A stretch of DNA of 64,000 bases from Octopus sinensis (lineage: Eukaryota): contig NC_043000.1 in the NCBI RefSeq assembly GCF_006345805.1, forward strand, positions 91,202,001-91,266,000, written 5' to 3'. Each line of letters begins with the position of its first letter. Position 1 is the first letter of the stretch. The notes under the pieces are model-generated. The model was not told the DNA's origin. It searched no databases and was given only the letters and a program-made list of their open reading frames with translations. Of this stretch, positions 12,780-26,176 are shown one piece after another. A program made the position numbers and the translations under genes.

Positions 12780-13807
12780 AGAATAGAATGACTATGAGCA
12801 AATCTATTACGAGGAAGTCTGGAAGTTGAGGAATCAACAAAAGACGTACCAAAGCTTTTATTAAAGCTCTCAAATCCAAAATCCTAAAGGATCCAACAAA
12901 ACCCATGAGAAAAATGGCAATTGAACTTGAGGTAGACAACAAGACCATTAGAAATACTGTAAAATATGATTTGAGGTTAAAATGTTACACGAGAACACCA
13001 AAACATTTATTGACAACAGCTATGAAGGAAAAGAGATCGGAGAGGTGCAAGAAAATTATTACATGTTTCAAGAAAAAGTCCTCCATTGTAACGATCTTTT
13101 CAGATGAAAAGATCTTCACTGTCGATGCTGTTCTGGACAGCAGAAATGACATATTTATCGCAAAATCGACAGCTGAGTTTAAGGGGACATTCAAAACAAA
13201 AGATCTTGCTGAAGTTATGGCTTTTGGTGTTGTGGCTTCCGATGGAAAGAAAATGCCTATAAAATTCTACAAAGCTGATGAAAATATCAATGTTAATACT
13301 TACTACAAGACTTTGAGATATCAGGTATTGCCATGGCTCAAAGCAAACTACCCAGATGGTAATTATGTATGGACACAGGATAGTGCTCCAGCCCACACAG
13401 CTAGAAAAATACAAGATTTCTGCAAATCCAACTTTAGCAATTTTTTGTAATCATGTTTATGGCCGCCTTTTAGCCCAGATCTAAACTCTCTGGATTATGC
13501 TATTTGGGGCGCTTTAGAACATGCTACCAATAGAACATCACACAGCAATGTCGACTCTCTTAAAGGTAATATTAAAGAAGAATGGGAGAAGTGTTCTCCC
13601 GAATATTTGAGGAACACTTGTGCAAGTTTCAGGAAGCGTGTGAAGGCAGTTATTGAGAAAGAAGGACGACACATAGAATAAAAATATTTTCTATTATGTA
13701 AATTTTCTTGTGGCAAATAAATTCTCATGACTTTCAATAAACAAATTGGTCATACACTGTCTTTCAATCCTTGCCTCAAAATACTGTAAATTTTGGTCCC
13801 CACCCAG
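12780..13807 (+). mobile_element. 5'-truncated Tc1/mariner-superfamily transposon, DD37D (maT-type)
   Basis: Transposase remnant followed by a right end ...CCCCACCCAG|TA at 13807-13809. No matching left TIR seen. Confidence 0.85.
12905..13681 (+). pseudogene. DD37D transposase with one in-frame stop (13448-13450)
   Basis: FSDEK...QDSAPAH...WPPFSPDLNSLDY: 37 residues counted between the second and third D. The frame continues past the stop to ...EGRHIE* at 13681. Confidence 0.88.
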
Positions 13808-14018
13808 TATGTTGTTTTGTGCTTTATGCTTCTTAATTTTTAAATACACTGCACACGAAACATACATTTACAGGTATATTTCTGTATCTGCATTTATCTA
13901 TCTATCTATCTTTCAATCTATATATATATTGTTTTATTTCTATTCCTGAGCGCCATACTAATACATTGTTTGTACTCCACCTGCCTTCGTCTTTTGTTTA
14001 TTTTCGTAAACCTTCCCG

Positions 14019-14066
<48 letters not shown>

Positions 14067-14070
14067 ATTC

Positions 14071-14118
<48 letters not shown>

Positions 14119-14135
14119 TATGTATGTATGTATGT

Positions 14136-14430
14136 GGAGGCGCAATGGCCTAGTGGTTGGGGCAGCGGACTCGCGGTCATAGGCCTCGTTTCGATTCCCA
14201 GAGCGGGCGTTGTGAGTGTTTATTGAGCGAAACACCTAAAGCTCCACGAGGCTCCGACAGGAGGTGGTGGCAACCCCTGTTGTACTCTTTCGCCAATTTC
14301 TCTCACTCTTTCTTCTGTTGGCCTGCTCGCTTAGCCAGCGGGGTGGCGTCACTTGAAGGCTAAAACAATGCGAACCACATTGTGACCAGCGATGTGTAAC
14401 AACATCTGATAACCTGGTCGGTCACGGTGA
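14136..14430 (+). mobile_element. tRNA-derived SINE family D, tail type 1
   Basis: Head GGAGGCGCAATGGCCTAGTGGTT with a B-box-like TTCGATTCCC. The 5' ~185 bp matches the minus-strand copy at 60001-60302. Flanked by (TATG)n and (TA)n. Confidence 0.85.
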
Positions 14431-14432
14431 TA

Positions 14433-14484
<52 letters not shown>

Positions 14485-14485
<1 letters not shown>

Positions 14486-14640
14486 GGCGTGTTTCCGTCT
14501 ATCAAATCCATTTACAAGGCTAATGTCGGCCCGCGGCCATAGCAGAAGAGAACAACTTAAGGTGCTGCACAGTGGGACTGAACTGGGAACCATGTGGGTG
14601 TGTAGTAAACTTTTTTACCACACAGCCAAACATTCGCCTT
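14485..14640 (-). mobile_element. SINE family A head fragment (degenerate)
   Basis: Reverse complement resembles GGCTGTGTGGTAA...GGTTCAGTCCCACTG...GATTTGGTAGACGGAAAC of 55499-55650. Confidence 0.75.
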
Positions 14641-15375
14641 TAAACTTGCATGTAGTTAGTCGTGTGTTGTGGGACATGCATAAGTTTACGCATGTAGAAC
14701 ATCATACATATTCACACATAGGCTCATACATATTCATAGGCTCATATAAATATGTATATATACATTTTTACATAAGTATATACATTTATTTTATACACGT
14801 GACACAAGATATTTATACATGCACATATACATATATACTTACACACATATATATACATGCATATATATATATATATATTATATATATATATGTGTGAGTG
14901 TATATAGGTATTGTATATTATATATATATATATATAGGTAAATAGGTATATGAATGTATATCCATGTATTTGTTTTTTGTACGTGTATATGTGTATTTTA
15001 AAGCAATTTTTTTCATCTTCATCATTATTCATCTTTATTCTGTCTTTATGTTACAGTTTAATTTATTCCAGAAAGGGGTGAAAAATTCATGCCTTGATTT
15101 GAAGAAGCGAAGCATTTTTCAGAATGAGAATACTTTCATTTTCTTCAACAGTTTATCTGTTTTCTGTTCAGTTTTAAATACATTTTCTGTAATGAATCTA
15201 CGAATCTACACATTCATGTGCGAAGACTACCAGAGCTGCTCATTCACGATATAAATTGAATGTGTGTGTGTGCGTGCGCGCGTGTGTGTGATGTTTTGTG
15301 TTTTATTCTTCTTTTTAATTTTTAAATACACTGCACACGAAACATACATTTACATGTATATTTCTGTATCTGCAT

Positions 15376-15420
<45 letters not shown>

Positions 15421-15552
15421 AATCTATCTATCTATTTACCTATCTATCTATCTATCCGTTTGTCTGTCCGTCTTTCAGTCTATTTTTTATTTATCTATCA
15501 TTGTAATATATATTCATATACATGCGTATATTGTGTCTAAATACATACACAT

Positions 15553-16219
15553 AAATAGACAGACACATTATATCATATCTATGCAAAATGTATTCTAAAT
15601 CACATCTGAATTAGATTTAAGTATGTCTCAAGTGCGTAAAATAATAAAAATGCATTTTCTCTATACTATTTATGCGCAGAAAAAAGAGGAGTTTCCTGAC
15701 GGAAGACTTCACGGTATGGTGGTCGCTCGTCAGAGAAAACGTATCCGGTTTCCAACCTCAATAAATGGCGTAGGTCAGATCTCATAAAACAGTCCTGAAT
15801 TATGTTAACATAGTGTATGCATTTATAAACAAAGATTAGGCTTTATAGTATTAAATGTATTCTAGTTTCAGTCCATTTCACTGCGTTTATTAATATCGAT
15901 TGTTTACTTAATGCTAAACTGTCAAAATCCCAAATGCACACATTATGCTATCCACCATTGTGCTAACATAATTCAGGACTGCTTTATGCGATCTGAACTA
16001 CGACATTTATTGAGGTTGGAAACCGGTCATGTTTTCTCTGACGAGCGACCATCACAACGTGCAGTCTTCCGTTGGAAACTCCTCTTTTTTTCTGCGCATA
16101 AATAGTATAGAAACAAACGCATTTTTATTATTTTACGCACTTGAGAAATAATTAAATCTAATTAAATTTAATGCGTTTAGAATAAATTTTGCGTAGATAT
16201 GATATGTGTCTGTCTATTT
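15553..16219. mobile_element. Foldback/MITE-like element with ~258-bp imperfect inverted arms
   Basis: Left arm 15553-15810 is the reverse complement of right arm 15961-16219 (e.g. TTATGCGCAGAAAAAAGAGGAGTTTCC vs GGAAACTCCTCTTTTTTTCTGCGCATAA); 150-bp spacer. Confidence 0.85.
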
Positions 16220-16914
16220 GGGTGTGTGCGTGTGTGTGTGTATTTGTAAGTATGTGCAATATATGTTTGCATGCTTGTATTTATGCCGGTAATAATAGAA
16301 TGTACAAGTGAAAAGCTGGACTCTGCAAGCCTTATAATGGTCTAAATGTGTAGGGGTTACTTCGAATGAGAACTTATCCTATTTTAGCCTACCTCACTGG
16401 GTTAAACTCACTCTAATGCCAAATACATGATCAAATACATTTGGTATGCCTTGCAGAACACCACTAGTGGCCGGTGTTTTTCTGATGTGTAGTGTACAAG
16501 TTTCTAGTGAATGTAAGGACTAAATACACACGCACACGCACGCGTATATACCATATATATCAGGTTTTGGCGACTGATGAAGAGTCACTCTGCTCTATTC
16601 AGGCATTGTTCTCTGTGATTTAGCATACAGTCATCTATCTATAATGTGGTGCAAAGCTGTGTTACTGAAAGAACTGCACGTATGTATGTATGTATGTATG
16701 TATGTATGTATGTATGTATGTATGTATGTATGTATGTATGTATGTATGTATGTATGTATGTATGTATGCATGTATTTATTTGTGTGTGTGTGTATGTATG
16801 AATGTATGTAAGTATGTTTGCATGTATGTATGTATGTACATATCAATACGCACATATATATTGCCTTGATAATGCAAGCATTTTCAATCAATATCACATA
16901 CATACGTACGCTAT

Positions 16915-17012
<98 letters not shown>

Positions 17013-17029
17013 ACCATTCACAAAAAACA

Positions 17030-17200
17030 AAAGACGAAGACAAGTAGTGCAGACAACAAACAGATGTATTAGTTTAACGCTCGGGAAGTGAAAAAGTTTT
17101 TAACGTTTCGAGCCTATGCTCTTCCACGGAAAGGAACACTGAAAGAAACAAGGAAAGAAAATAAAGAGAGAAAATAAAGAATGTGTAGTAGCTAGCAATC
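17030..17200 (-). mobile_element. 3' terminal fragment of a Penelope-like repeat family
   Basis: Shares GAAGAGC.TAGGCTCGAAACGTT and the ...CTTCGTCTTTTGTT terminus with 39800-40008 and ~13930-14000. All three end at TA-rich microsatellites. The clade assignment is inferred. Confidence 0.5.
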
Positions 17201-18192
17201 AATCATGTCGATCTCTCATGTATATATATACAAACATACATACAAACATACATACATACATACATACATACATACATACATACATACATACATACATACA
17301 TACATACATACATACATACATACATAAATATTGGAGAACAGAATGAAATAGGAATTCAGTTAAACTTTGTACAATAACATCATAAACTAAAGAAATGCTT
17401 TGGCTGACAAAATAAATAGCACCATTTCTTCTGGCTTTATGTTCTGAGTTCAAATTCTCTCGAAGTTGACATTATTTTACGTCTTTTCGCAGTCGGTACA
17501 GTAAGTACCACTTACATACTCCCCAAAATTCAGACTTTACGCCCATAGTAGTAGGGTTATAAAACAGTAAAGTACGCAATCCTTGTCTGTATTTCACTTA
17601 CGTACACTTGGGATGCTTTTTAGGAATCGTTAGTTAGACGATTGCGTAATCACTTTATAACGCCAGATCTTCAGAAGAAAATAGTAATTTAATTCATCGT
17701 TAATTACCAAGTTCAGTTTGAAGGCAGAGCTAAGTCATATTATAGCGCCTTGAATCTCTAATAACCTATTCTGGCAATGTTAAATCTATAGCAGGACTAA
17801 GATCATACCCAAAATACTAGACTTTCCCTTCAGTGACAGAAGCACTTCAAATTCCGAAGGACTGTTAAGTGCATGGGTATACTCACTTTATCTTACTGTA
17901 GTACTAATAAAAATATATACATCTACACACTCACAGACACACACATCAGATACATGTTTGCATGTGTGCGTGTATATATATATATGTATATGTACATATA
18001 CATATATATATATATACATATACATATATATATATATACATATACACATTTACATATATATAAATATACATATACATACATATATATACCCACATATATA
18101 TATACATATATATGCGTCTGCGCACATATACATAAATATCTACCTATTTATCTATCTTTATACACATATTCAGTACATATGCATATATATGT

Positions 18193-18226
<34 letters not shown>

Positions 18227-18387
18227 ACATACAGGGATTGAGAGGAAATGGGTACAGTCATGCATACACACGCAAATATATATATCATTGATGAGTATCA
18301 GATATTCTCCGTATAGAATACAGTTTGTGTGCCCACGAGGTTTAAACTTGAGCGGGTAGAAGAGTAAATGTAAGAATAAGAAGTTCG

Positions 18388-18878
18388 GCTGGTAGATATA
18401 CAAAGAATATTAAATACATTAAATACAAAATATATGTTTACATACAAAACATTCCGACTTACACAGAATTAAAAATAATATCAAGAATTAAACGGGTCGA
18501 AGAAGAGTATTACTAATCCAACAGCTGTTTCTGAGGGCTCGGTGGTCCAAAATGCTGATTATAAATTGATTCCATCGTCGGATGATACGTATCTCCGTCT
18601 TCAGGGAAGAAATCTTACATCCGAAGTGTTGACAGAAAGGAGATTAAAGTTGGAATCATCTTTAATTTCCTTTCTGTCAACCGCCGATAGCAGTTATTTA
18701 CAATCATTATTTTGAACTACCAAGCTCCCAGAAACGGCTGTTGGGTTTGTAATACTCTTCTTCAACCCCTTTAATTCTTGATATCATTTCTATTCTGTTT
18801 AAGCCGGACCTTTTTGTATGTAAACATATAACTTGTTTTGTATTTAATGTGCGTAATATCCATTGTATTTCGAGCTAC
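18388..18878. repeat. Nested foldback: ~170-bp outer inverted arms plus an inner ~21-bp hairpin
   Basis: 18388-18557 is the imperfect reverse complement of ~18702-18878 (ATATCAAGAATTAAA.GGGT.GAAGAAGAGTATTAC vs GTAATACTCTTCTTCAACCCCTTTAATTCTTGATAT). Inner TTGACAGAAAGGAGATTAAAG / CTTTAATTTCCTTTCTGTCAA at 18629-18680. Confidence 0.8.
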
Positions 18879-19877
18879 CTAACGTGATTATCATTACGTT
18901 TACATACATTTATATGGATACATATTCATATATATATACATACATGTATAATGTGTATACATACATACACACACACGCACACACACATATATATATATAT
19001 ATATACACACACACATAGGTATGTGTGTGTGTGCGAGCGTGCGTGTGTGCAGAAGTATTATCAATGTCGCAACATAAACGTATATATCTATTTACCCATG
19101 AACAAACACACACACAAAGCACCTCGCATAATTCATGTTAGAAAAGTTTTTGCTGTTCACATAGCAAGCACAGAAATAACTGGACATAATAATAATAATT
19201 GATGGACAGATGGAAAAAAAGAGAAAGAAAAAGGTAAAACACTGGAATGAAACAAACAAGCCCCCTGAAAAGAACTGAAATATTTTAATAAAACTATTTC
19301 ATAAATACCGCTTATGTTGTTCTCCACGACGGCGCTGTGTTATGTTGGCGAGAAATGTAACCTGCCTCCTGCAAATATATCTGTGTTGTGTTCTAGTTGA
19401 TTTCTCTATTGTTTTTGTATAACAACACTGCGACTGGTCTCTTACTGTGTGTACTTTGATTATAAATAAATCCTATACTTTGCATTCTCCATGTCCGGAT
19501 ATGTTTCCTTCATTTTCCATCCTTTCATATTGATGTCAGCATCCTGCTTTACACGCAGCTGGCTTTCTACACAGGAATTTTTAAGACTTATTTTTGGTCA
19601 TTCAACTCCACTACCTCAGAACCCAGTGGACAGAGTAATGTTTTATTTATTTACTTATTCATTTGTCTATTTTCGTTGTGGTTTGTGTTAGTGGTTTATG
19701 TTGCTGTTATTCAATAATGGTTTCTAACATTGGGCGCATGGCCTCACATAACAGAACAAAGATATTATTCGATTTAATCGATCCCCAATGCTTAACTGAT
19801 ACTTTATTATTTTATTGAGCCTGGAAGGAGGTAAGGCAAAGGAGATCTTGACAGAATTTGAACACAGAACCTATATG

Positions 19878-20094
19878 TAAGGGAATGCTGAAAAGTTCCT
19901 GGCTTTAAAGCTATCGCGAAAGGCTTGGTTGAAGGCCCCATCTTCCAAGTTTTTTTTACTGGGCTTAGGAAAATTGAAGGGCCGCTGCAATGAGTATGTG
20001 AATTTGAGAGGGGAATATGTTAAATATAATTATAATTAACTGATCCTCCAGTATTTTCTTTTATCCAAACCAGGAACGTTTCAGCACCTCATCG
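19878..20094 (+). mobile_element. Mariner-derived non-autonomous element (MITE)
   Basis: TIRs ...GCTGAAAAGTTCCTGG / CCAGGAACGTTTCAGCACCTCATCG|TA. The interior retains the mariner C-terminus (GLRKLKGRCNEYVNLRGEYVK). Same family as 38701-38918. Confidence 0.8.
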
Positions 20095-20999
20095 TAAATC
20101 TAAATTGAACACAGTAATTTTGTCCACTACTACACTGAATTTGCCATTTGACGACCTTGTTTCTCATTTAAAGATATTTGACTAGAGTACGCAACCACAA
20201 ATGTTCAAGGGTGGATATAATCAAATTAAAATGACTTACAGTACTTGATCGGTACTTTGTTTTATCGATCTTGAAAGCATGGAAAGTAAAGATAACTTTG
20301 GGATTACAACCCAGAATATATAGAACCGTAACTAAATATTAAGGCAAGGTATTTTGTTTGCAATTCAATCGATTCTGATACCTACCATTTGTATTTTGGT
20401 ATAACGTGAAGAATTAGAATACTATATGTTCTAATATTCTTGTTAGGTCACTAATGATTAGTAAGAAGAATAGTTTAATTTGGCCCAGGATGGTGAACTG
20501 AAAAGTATATTTGAGAATAGGACACAAATGTTTTGTTATATTTCATTAAGTCGTTCAAACTCCTTCTGAAATCTACTCTGCCGTCTAGCCTTCTGGGGTT
20601 AAATCAAATAAAATGCTAGTTAGATACTGGGGCTTAATGAACTATACTGTACTACAAAATTATGACTTCATTCTTATTTTAGAATTCCTTATTCATCGTA
20701 TTTTCTTGCAGTCTGCTTAAATTCCATCTGGATCAACCTCACCTTTCATTCTTCCGAGATCAATAAAATAAAGCAGTCAAATAGTAGGGTAGATATAAAT
20801 GACTATGTCTTCCCTCTTTTTTGCGGATATTAATATCTTATTTTGCCTCAAGCTCAGGTTGTCAGTGGAGTATATAATCAAGGCCAGCAGCAAGAAAGAT
20901 GACAATTCACTCAACACTTCTCATTCCCAAGAAATATATGAGACATTGTATTAAACGAAAACACTGGTAGATGGTAGAATTTGTTGAGAAACAAACAAA

Positions 21000-23070
21000 A
21001 TACCATATTCATACGCAGACATTCCAGTTTTAATATGTAAGACTCACTTCTAACTCCTCTTTCTCTTTTTCAATTCCTCTTGAAAGAATCAAATATTCGT
21101 TATTTTCATTATGTTTTCTTTAGATCTTTCCAACTATGTTTTGCTTACAGCGCTTTCTTTCATGTTTGAGTTTAATTGCTTTCTGAGCTTCTACATTAGA
21201 ACATTCCATGGGATTTATTTGAAATGATAAACTGCTTTGAAGCGAATCTAACGTTAACAATCTCTACTCTTGAATCAATCTTTGATAGAGTTTATAACGA
21301 AAGATTTTCTTTCTATCTATGCTGACGAATATGGAAGGATACTAAATCATAAAATTGGATAACAAATCGTATTTTGTAAACCAATATTCATGAATATTTT
21401 CTGTTGAAATAGTTAAGTTGTTTGCTGTTGAATAATAACTTTTCTAATGATCATCAAGATCATTTAGACTGCTTTCTGACGCAACAGATGAGAGATAAGC
21501 AGTTTGTAGCACGAAAGACGTAAGAGATATGCTGGATAAATGAGTTTGGGGTCGCGTCTAATATTTATGAATTAACAATAATTCTATTTCTACTGAAGGG
21601 AAACACTTTTTTCTTATTTTAATACAAAATTCCATCAGGAGTTTCAAACTGTTTTAATTTTCTAATGCCGATTACATCATCGTCTTCCTTAAATATTTGA
21701 ACTATCACTTTACTTCTGAAATAAATATGATTTCGTAATTACTTTCATTGCTTAGCTCAATTTGTGATAGTGTAATGTTATTTTGCAATTCATCTTTAAA
21801 ATAATTCACATTTTTGTCTTTTGTTGATGCCGTTAAATACAGGCGATGAAGTCTAAGATGTGCAGACTGGAATTTAACATTCAATAAATTCACATTGTGT
21901 GGCACATATGTAACGAAAAAGAGCGTTTACGTGGTTCTGTGAATACTTAAGACCGTATAAATTGATTCTGTAATTGCTTAAGACCGTAAAACGTCTTCTG
22001 GCACCATCAACTTTGTTAACTAACGATTTACTTCAGAAATATAGAAGTAAACCATCAAGTTGTTCTTCTGTGATTGTAATAACTGTTTTTTGAGAAAGCG
22101 ACCTTGTTTATGTAAGTTTTGGTATTCTTTGACAAGTTTTCAAATCCACTCCTTGGAAAAGCGAGAAGTCCCGTTGACTTTCGCTGTTGCGACGAAAGCA
22201 AGAGAGTAAATCTTTTACAGAATCTTCTATGTATGTGTGCAATATGTCTAGAGTGTGATTAACACAAAGAATAAAACACAGAGAGACGTATTCCATTATA
22301 AAAACTGAAGCCCATCATCTTTCAGTAATTTCTAGAACCCACTTACGGCGCTCATTAGGGAAGAAGATACATCTCTTTTGAATCCAGTATTTTCTTGAGA
22401 ATATATATTTCATGCAAGAGAGATTCAACACCATTCCATTAGCTAAGAATCATTCCATTTCAGACATCCACAGCGCCTGACAACGAATCAGCATTGTGTT
22501 TATTCAAATCAAATTATCTCCTAACTAGAGCCAAAATTTGAGTTACTGAAACCTCTGTACTTTCGTCAATTATGACAGAAACTTTTGAGTTCTATCGTTA
22601 ATTTTTCATGAAAGCCTTTTCCATACTGAAGGACATACACAAGTTTAATTTCTCTTTGTTGATAATTAATGTTTCAACAGTCTTGCTTGTCGGGAAATGT
22701 TCTCTTACTGTAAGAAGATGATCGATGTTTCTTAAAAGATTATGTTCAGTAAAATAACCAACAATAAGCAGTTCACTTTGGGTTGTTTGCTCATTCTCTG
22801 TTGACTTCTTGCCACGATGAATTAAGAAATATCCTCACTAGATTTAGCCACATCAAAGCAACTCTTATGCTTGACAGAAGAGTATGTGCTTCATTTGCAT
22901 GGATTTATCGGCATTTTGTTGCACTATTTACAGTAGCCAGCTTCTTTGTAATTTTTTTTATTTGATTGAAGCCAATCCTTATATTCGGGGTTTTGCAACC
23001 ATTTCAAAACTTTCTTTTTTGAATATGAGTTTGGATTTCATCACTCATTATGAAAGACAAAGCAATTAAT
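21000..23070 (-). pseudogene. Heavily decayed hAT-superfamily transposase
   Basis: Manual minus-strand translation gives an N-terminal zinc-finger-like KWLQNPEYKDWLQ...CK.C, then EHNLLRNIDHL, SVIIDESTEVS (22557-22573), and T-R-S-L-S for the canonical TRWLS (22093-22107). Many stops and frameshifts; ends approximate. Confidence 0.7.
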
Positions 23071-23416
23071 ATACAAATATAACAAGGTTAGGACAACTGG
23101 AAAAATGGGGTTACTCTTACACAAGTTACGTTGCGGGGGAAAATACGGAGATGTGGTATTCCTTGTTGAGTTGCTTTAGAATTGCTCTTTTTCCTCAGGA
23201 GAGACTTTTCTCTTTTTTTTTTTTTCGTGGCAAGCAGTCAGAGTCGTTAGCTTTGCGGACAAAATGCTAGGGATCATTTCATCTGTCTCCATGTTTTGAG
23301 CTCAAATTTCGTCCTTTCCGGGTCGATGAGATAAGAACTTGTTGCGTACAAGGGACAATGTAACCAACTAGGCTCCTGCGCTAAAATGTCAGACTGTGTC
23401 TATCGTAGAAAAGATT

Positions 23417-23510
23417 CTTCTTCTTCTTCTTCTTCTTCTTCTTCTTCTTCTTCTTCTTCTTCTTCTTCTTCTTCTCCTCCTCCTCCTCCTCCTCCTCTTC
23501 CTCCTCCTCC
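23417..23510. repeat. Compound (TTC)n-(TCC)n microsatellite
   Basis: Direct reading. Confidence 0.95.
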
Positions 23511-23589
23511 CTTATGATTATAAACTAGCTGGAATTAGATTTCTAGTTTAATAATCTAGCTAGTTATCCATTCTATTAATTAGTTACAT

Positions 23590-23795
23590 CAAGGCAGTGA
23601 GGTGGCGAAGTCGTTAGGATGCTGGAGAAAATACTGAGCCGTATTTCGTCCGCCTTTAGGTTAAGAGTTGAAATTCCGTTGAGGTCAACTTTGCCTTTCA
23701 TCCTTTCGGGGTCGTTAAAATATGTGTCAGTTGAACATTGGGTCAATATAATCGACTATTCTCAGCCTTGTGCCTAGAATAGAAAGGATTATTTA
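23590..23795 (+). mobile_element. SINE family B monomer, tail type 1 (another degenerate copy at ~23235-23400)
   Basis: Head AAGGCAGTGAGGTGGC..., core TTTGCCTTTCATCCTTTCGGGGTCG, tail GCCTTGTGCCTAGAATAGAAAG. Confidence 0.8.
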
Positions 23796-23994
23796 GTTTC
23801 ATCACTTAATATTCTGAGTTCATATCTCCCTGGAGCACTGCCTTGAAGAAATCGAATGAATCGATCCTAATACTTCTTTTGAAGTCTAGTACTTATTCCA
23901 TCAGTTTCTTTGTCGAATATCTAAGTTACGGGGACGTAAATGCATCAACCGATGGTGAGCAACAAACACAGATACAAAGATACGCACACACACA

Positions 23995-24047
<53 letters not shown>

Positions 24048-24059
24048 CACACACATACA

Positions 24060-24210
24060 AGACAGGCTTTTTTCAGTTTCCGTCTGTCAAATCTTTATCT
24101 TTCTATTTATTGGTCGGCCCAAGGCTATAATAAGCTGAACAAGCTGCCATGCAGTGGAACTGAACCCAAGACCAGGTAGTTTGGATGTAAGCTTCTTACC
24201 ACACATCCAA
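24060..24210 (-). mobile_element. SINE family A head fragment (degenerate)
   Basis: TTTCAGTTTCCGTC...GGTCGGCCCAAGGCTATA...CAGTGGAACTGAACCC...CTTACCACACA matches the reverse complement of the family A head. Confidence 0.75.
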
Positions 24211-25054
24211 GCTTGTAAATTCTAATTTGAAAAGATTCCTACTGCTTTTAAAAATTTTAGACACCATATTTTTTAAAATCCTATCTCTTTGAACAACAGG
24301 TCTTATACGTATATTTATGTAGAAGAGAAGCAAACATACTTAGGGAAGTCAATCTAAAATTCATTGTAAAATAAATTTGTTAAAGAACGTGAAAAAATTG
24401 TGTAGGCAGGCAAGGGAGACAAATTGAAATGGTAGAGGCTATATTTCAAATGATAACTGAATACTTCTTTGTATCATTTTATCCAACTATTTCAACGTAA
24501 AGATTTTTGTCTCGTCTTCTGACGCAGTATTGTCTGGGGGTATCCAATAACAACACACATCCGCAAGAAATCTAATTAAATAACTTTCATGTAGCTAAAT
24601 GCCAGAAGTTACCAATTTCCCTTCCTTTTGTAAAAAAACTACTAAAAATCATACTACAGAAAACCTTTATCCAAATTTGATAAAAAAATAAAAAGAAGCA
24701 AATTGTCCAGAAAATCAAAAAGAACGACTTTCTCATCTGCTCAGATTTTGGTGAAGCGCCACCTGGCAGGCAATAAGCGAAAAGGGTAAGTAATTAGCGA
24801 GGATGGTTGTCAGAGAGGTTTAGTATGTAGTTAATATTTTGATTTCTGTGACTTTTCGTATGAAAGGATGGGTTGATGGTGTGTTAAGGAATTGTCACAG
24901 AATAGAAAAGGCTCCAAATGAAAGACTGTGTGTCATTTAGTCTGTTATGCTTGAGAATAATGAATAGATACATGGAGAAACAGATAAATTAGAGAGATAG
25001 ATAGTGAGAGAGAAACATGGGTATATATATACATATACATACATAATACATACA

Positions 25055-25086
<32 letters not shown>

Positions 25087-25092
<6 letters not shown>

Positions 25093-25692
25093 CCACCTTG
25101 AATACTGTTGTCCACTGTGGTCTCCCCACACAATACAAGGTATCATAAAAGTTGAAGCACCTCAAAGGGCAATCACAAAAAAGATAGATGGCATGACAGG
25201 CCTCGACTATTGGGGTCGACTAGAAAAGCTAAAACTTTATTCTCTCCAACGTCGTCGTGAGCGCTACATCATCTGCATGATGTGGAAAATATTCCATCAG
25301 CATTGCCCAAATGATGTTGGCATCACCTTTAGGTACATCCAAGGCTTGGGCCCCGTGCCATCCGCCCAAAACAAAAATCGCACTCTCATCTCATAACAAC
25401 AATACGGCACAATTATTTCACCTCAATTGGCCCCGCTCTCTTTAACATTACACCAAACACATTAAAACAGAAACTGACCCTATAGGGTTCAAGAAGTCTT
25501 TGGAGAGATTCCTTCAAGAAATCCCGGATAAACCCCCTACACCCGGATATGTCTCTGTAAACAATAACTCTCTACTTGAGTGGGCCATAGTGCCCAAATT
25601 CTGACTTGAAAGACTTCACCAGGTGGTGCTATTAAGTTAGACATGGCCTGGGCCAATAATGGCCGAAACCTATCAAAGTATCAACGTATCAA
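25087..25692 (+). mobile_element. 5'-truncated CR1-clade LINE, family CR1-B (3' end)
   Basis: Translation PHLEYCCPLWSP...LKLYSLQRRRERY...EIPDKPPTPGY...NNNSLLEWA*. 3' stem-loop GGCCA-ATAA-TGGCC-GAAAC at 25651-25669; short AGTATCA-type tail; (TA)n on both sides. Confidence 0.9.
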
Positions 25693-26128
25693 ATATACAT
25701 ATAAATATACACACACATATATATATATATATATATATTATATATAATATATTATATATATATATATATATATATAGACAGAGAGAGAGAGAGATAGTGA
25801 ATAGATAGAAAAATAGACAGATATATAGATTTATGAATAGAGAAATAGTTCGACAGACATACGGACGGGCGGACGGACGGACGGGCGGATGGAGGCATAA
25901 ATAGATCGACAGGCATATAGACAGATAGATAGACCGCTAAGTAGATAGGTCGATAAGTAGATAAATAGATCGATAAGTAGATACATAGATACATTGATAG
26001 ATAATTAGAAAGATAGATAGATAAGTGGCATGAGGAATGGGTAGAGAGAAGACAGATGAAAAGATAAATAAATAGATATGTACATGACTAGATAGCTAGA
26101 TGGATAAGTGGAAAGAAAGAAAGAAGGA

Positions 26129-26176
<48 letters not shown>

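Noticed and set aside
16575-16605. CTGATGA-AGAG-TCA-CTCT hammerhead-like start
   Set aside because: No GAAA and no stem I or III follow.
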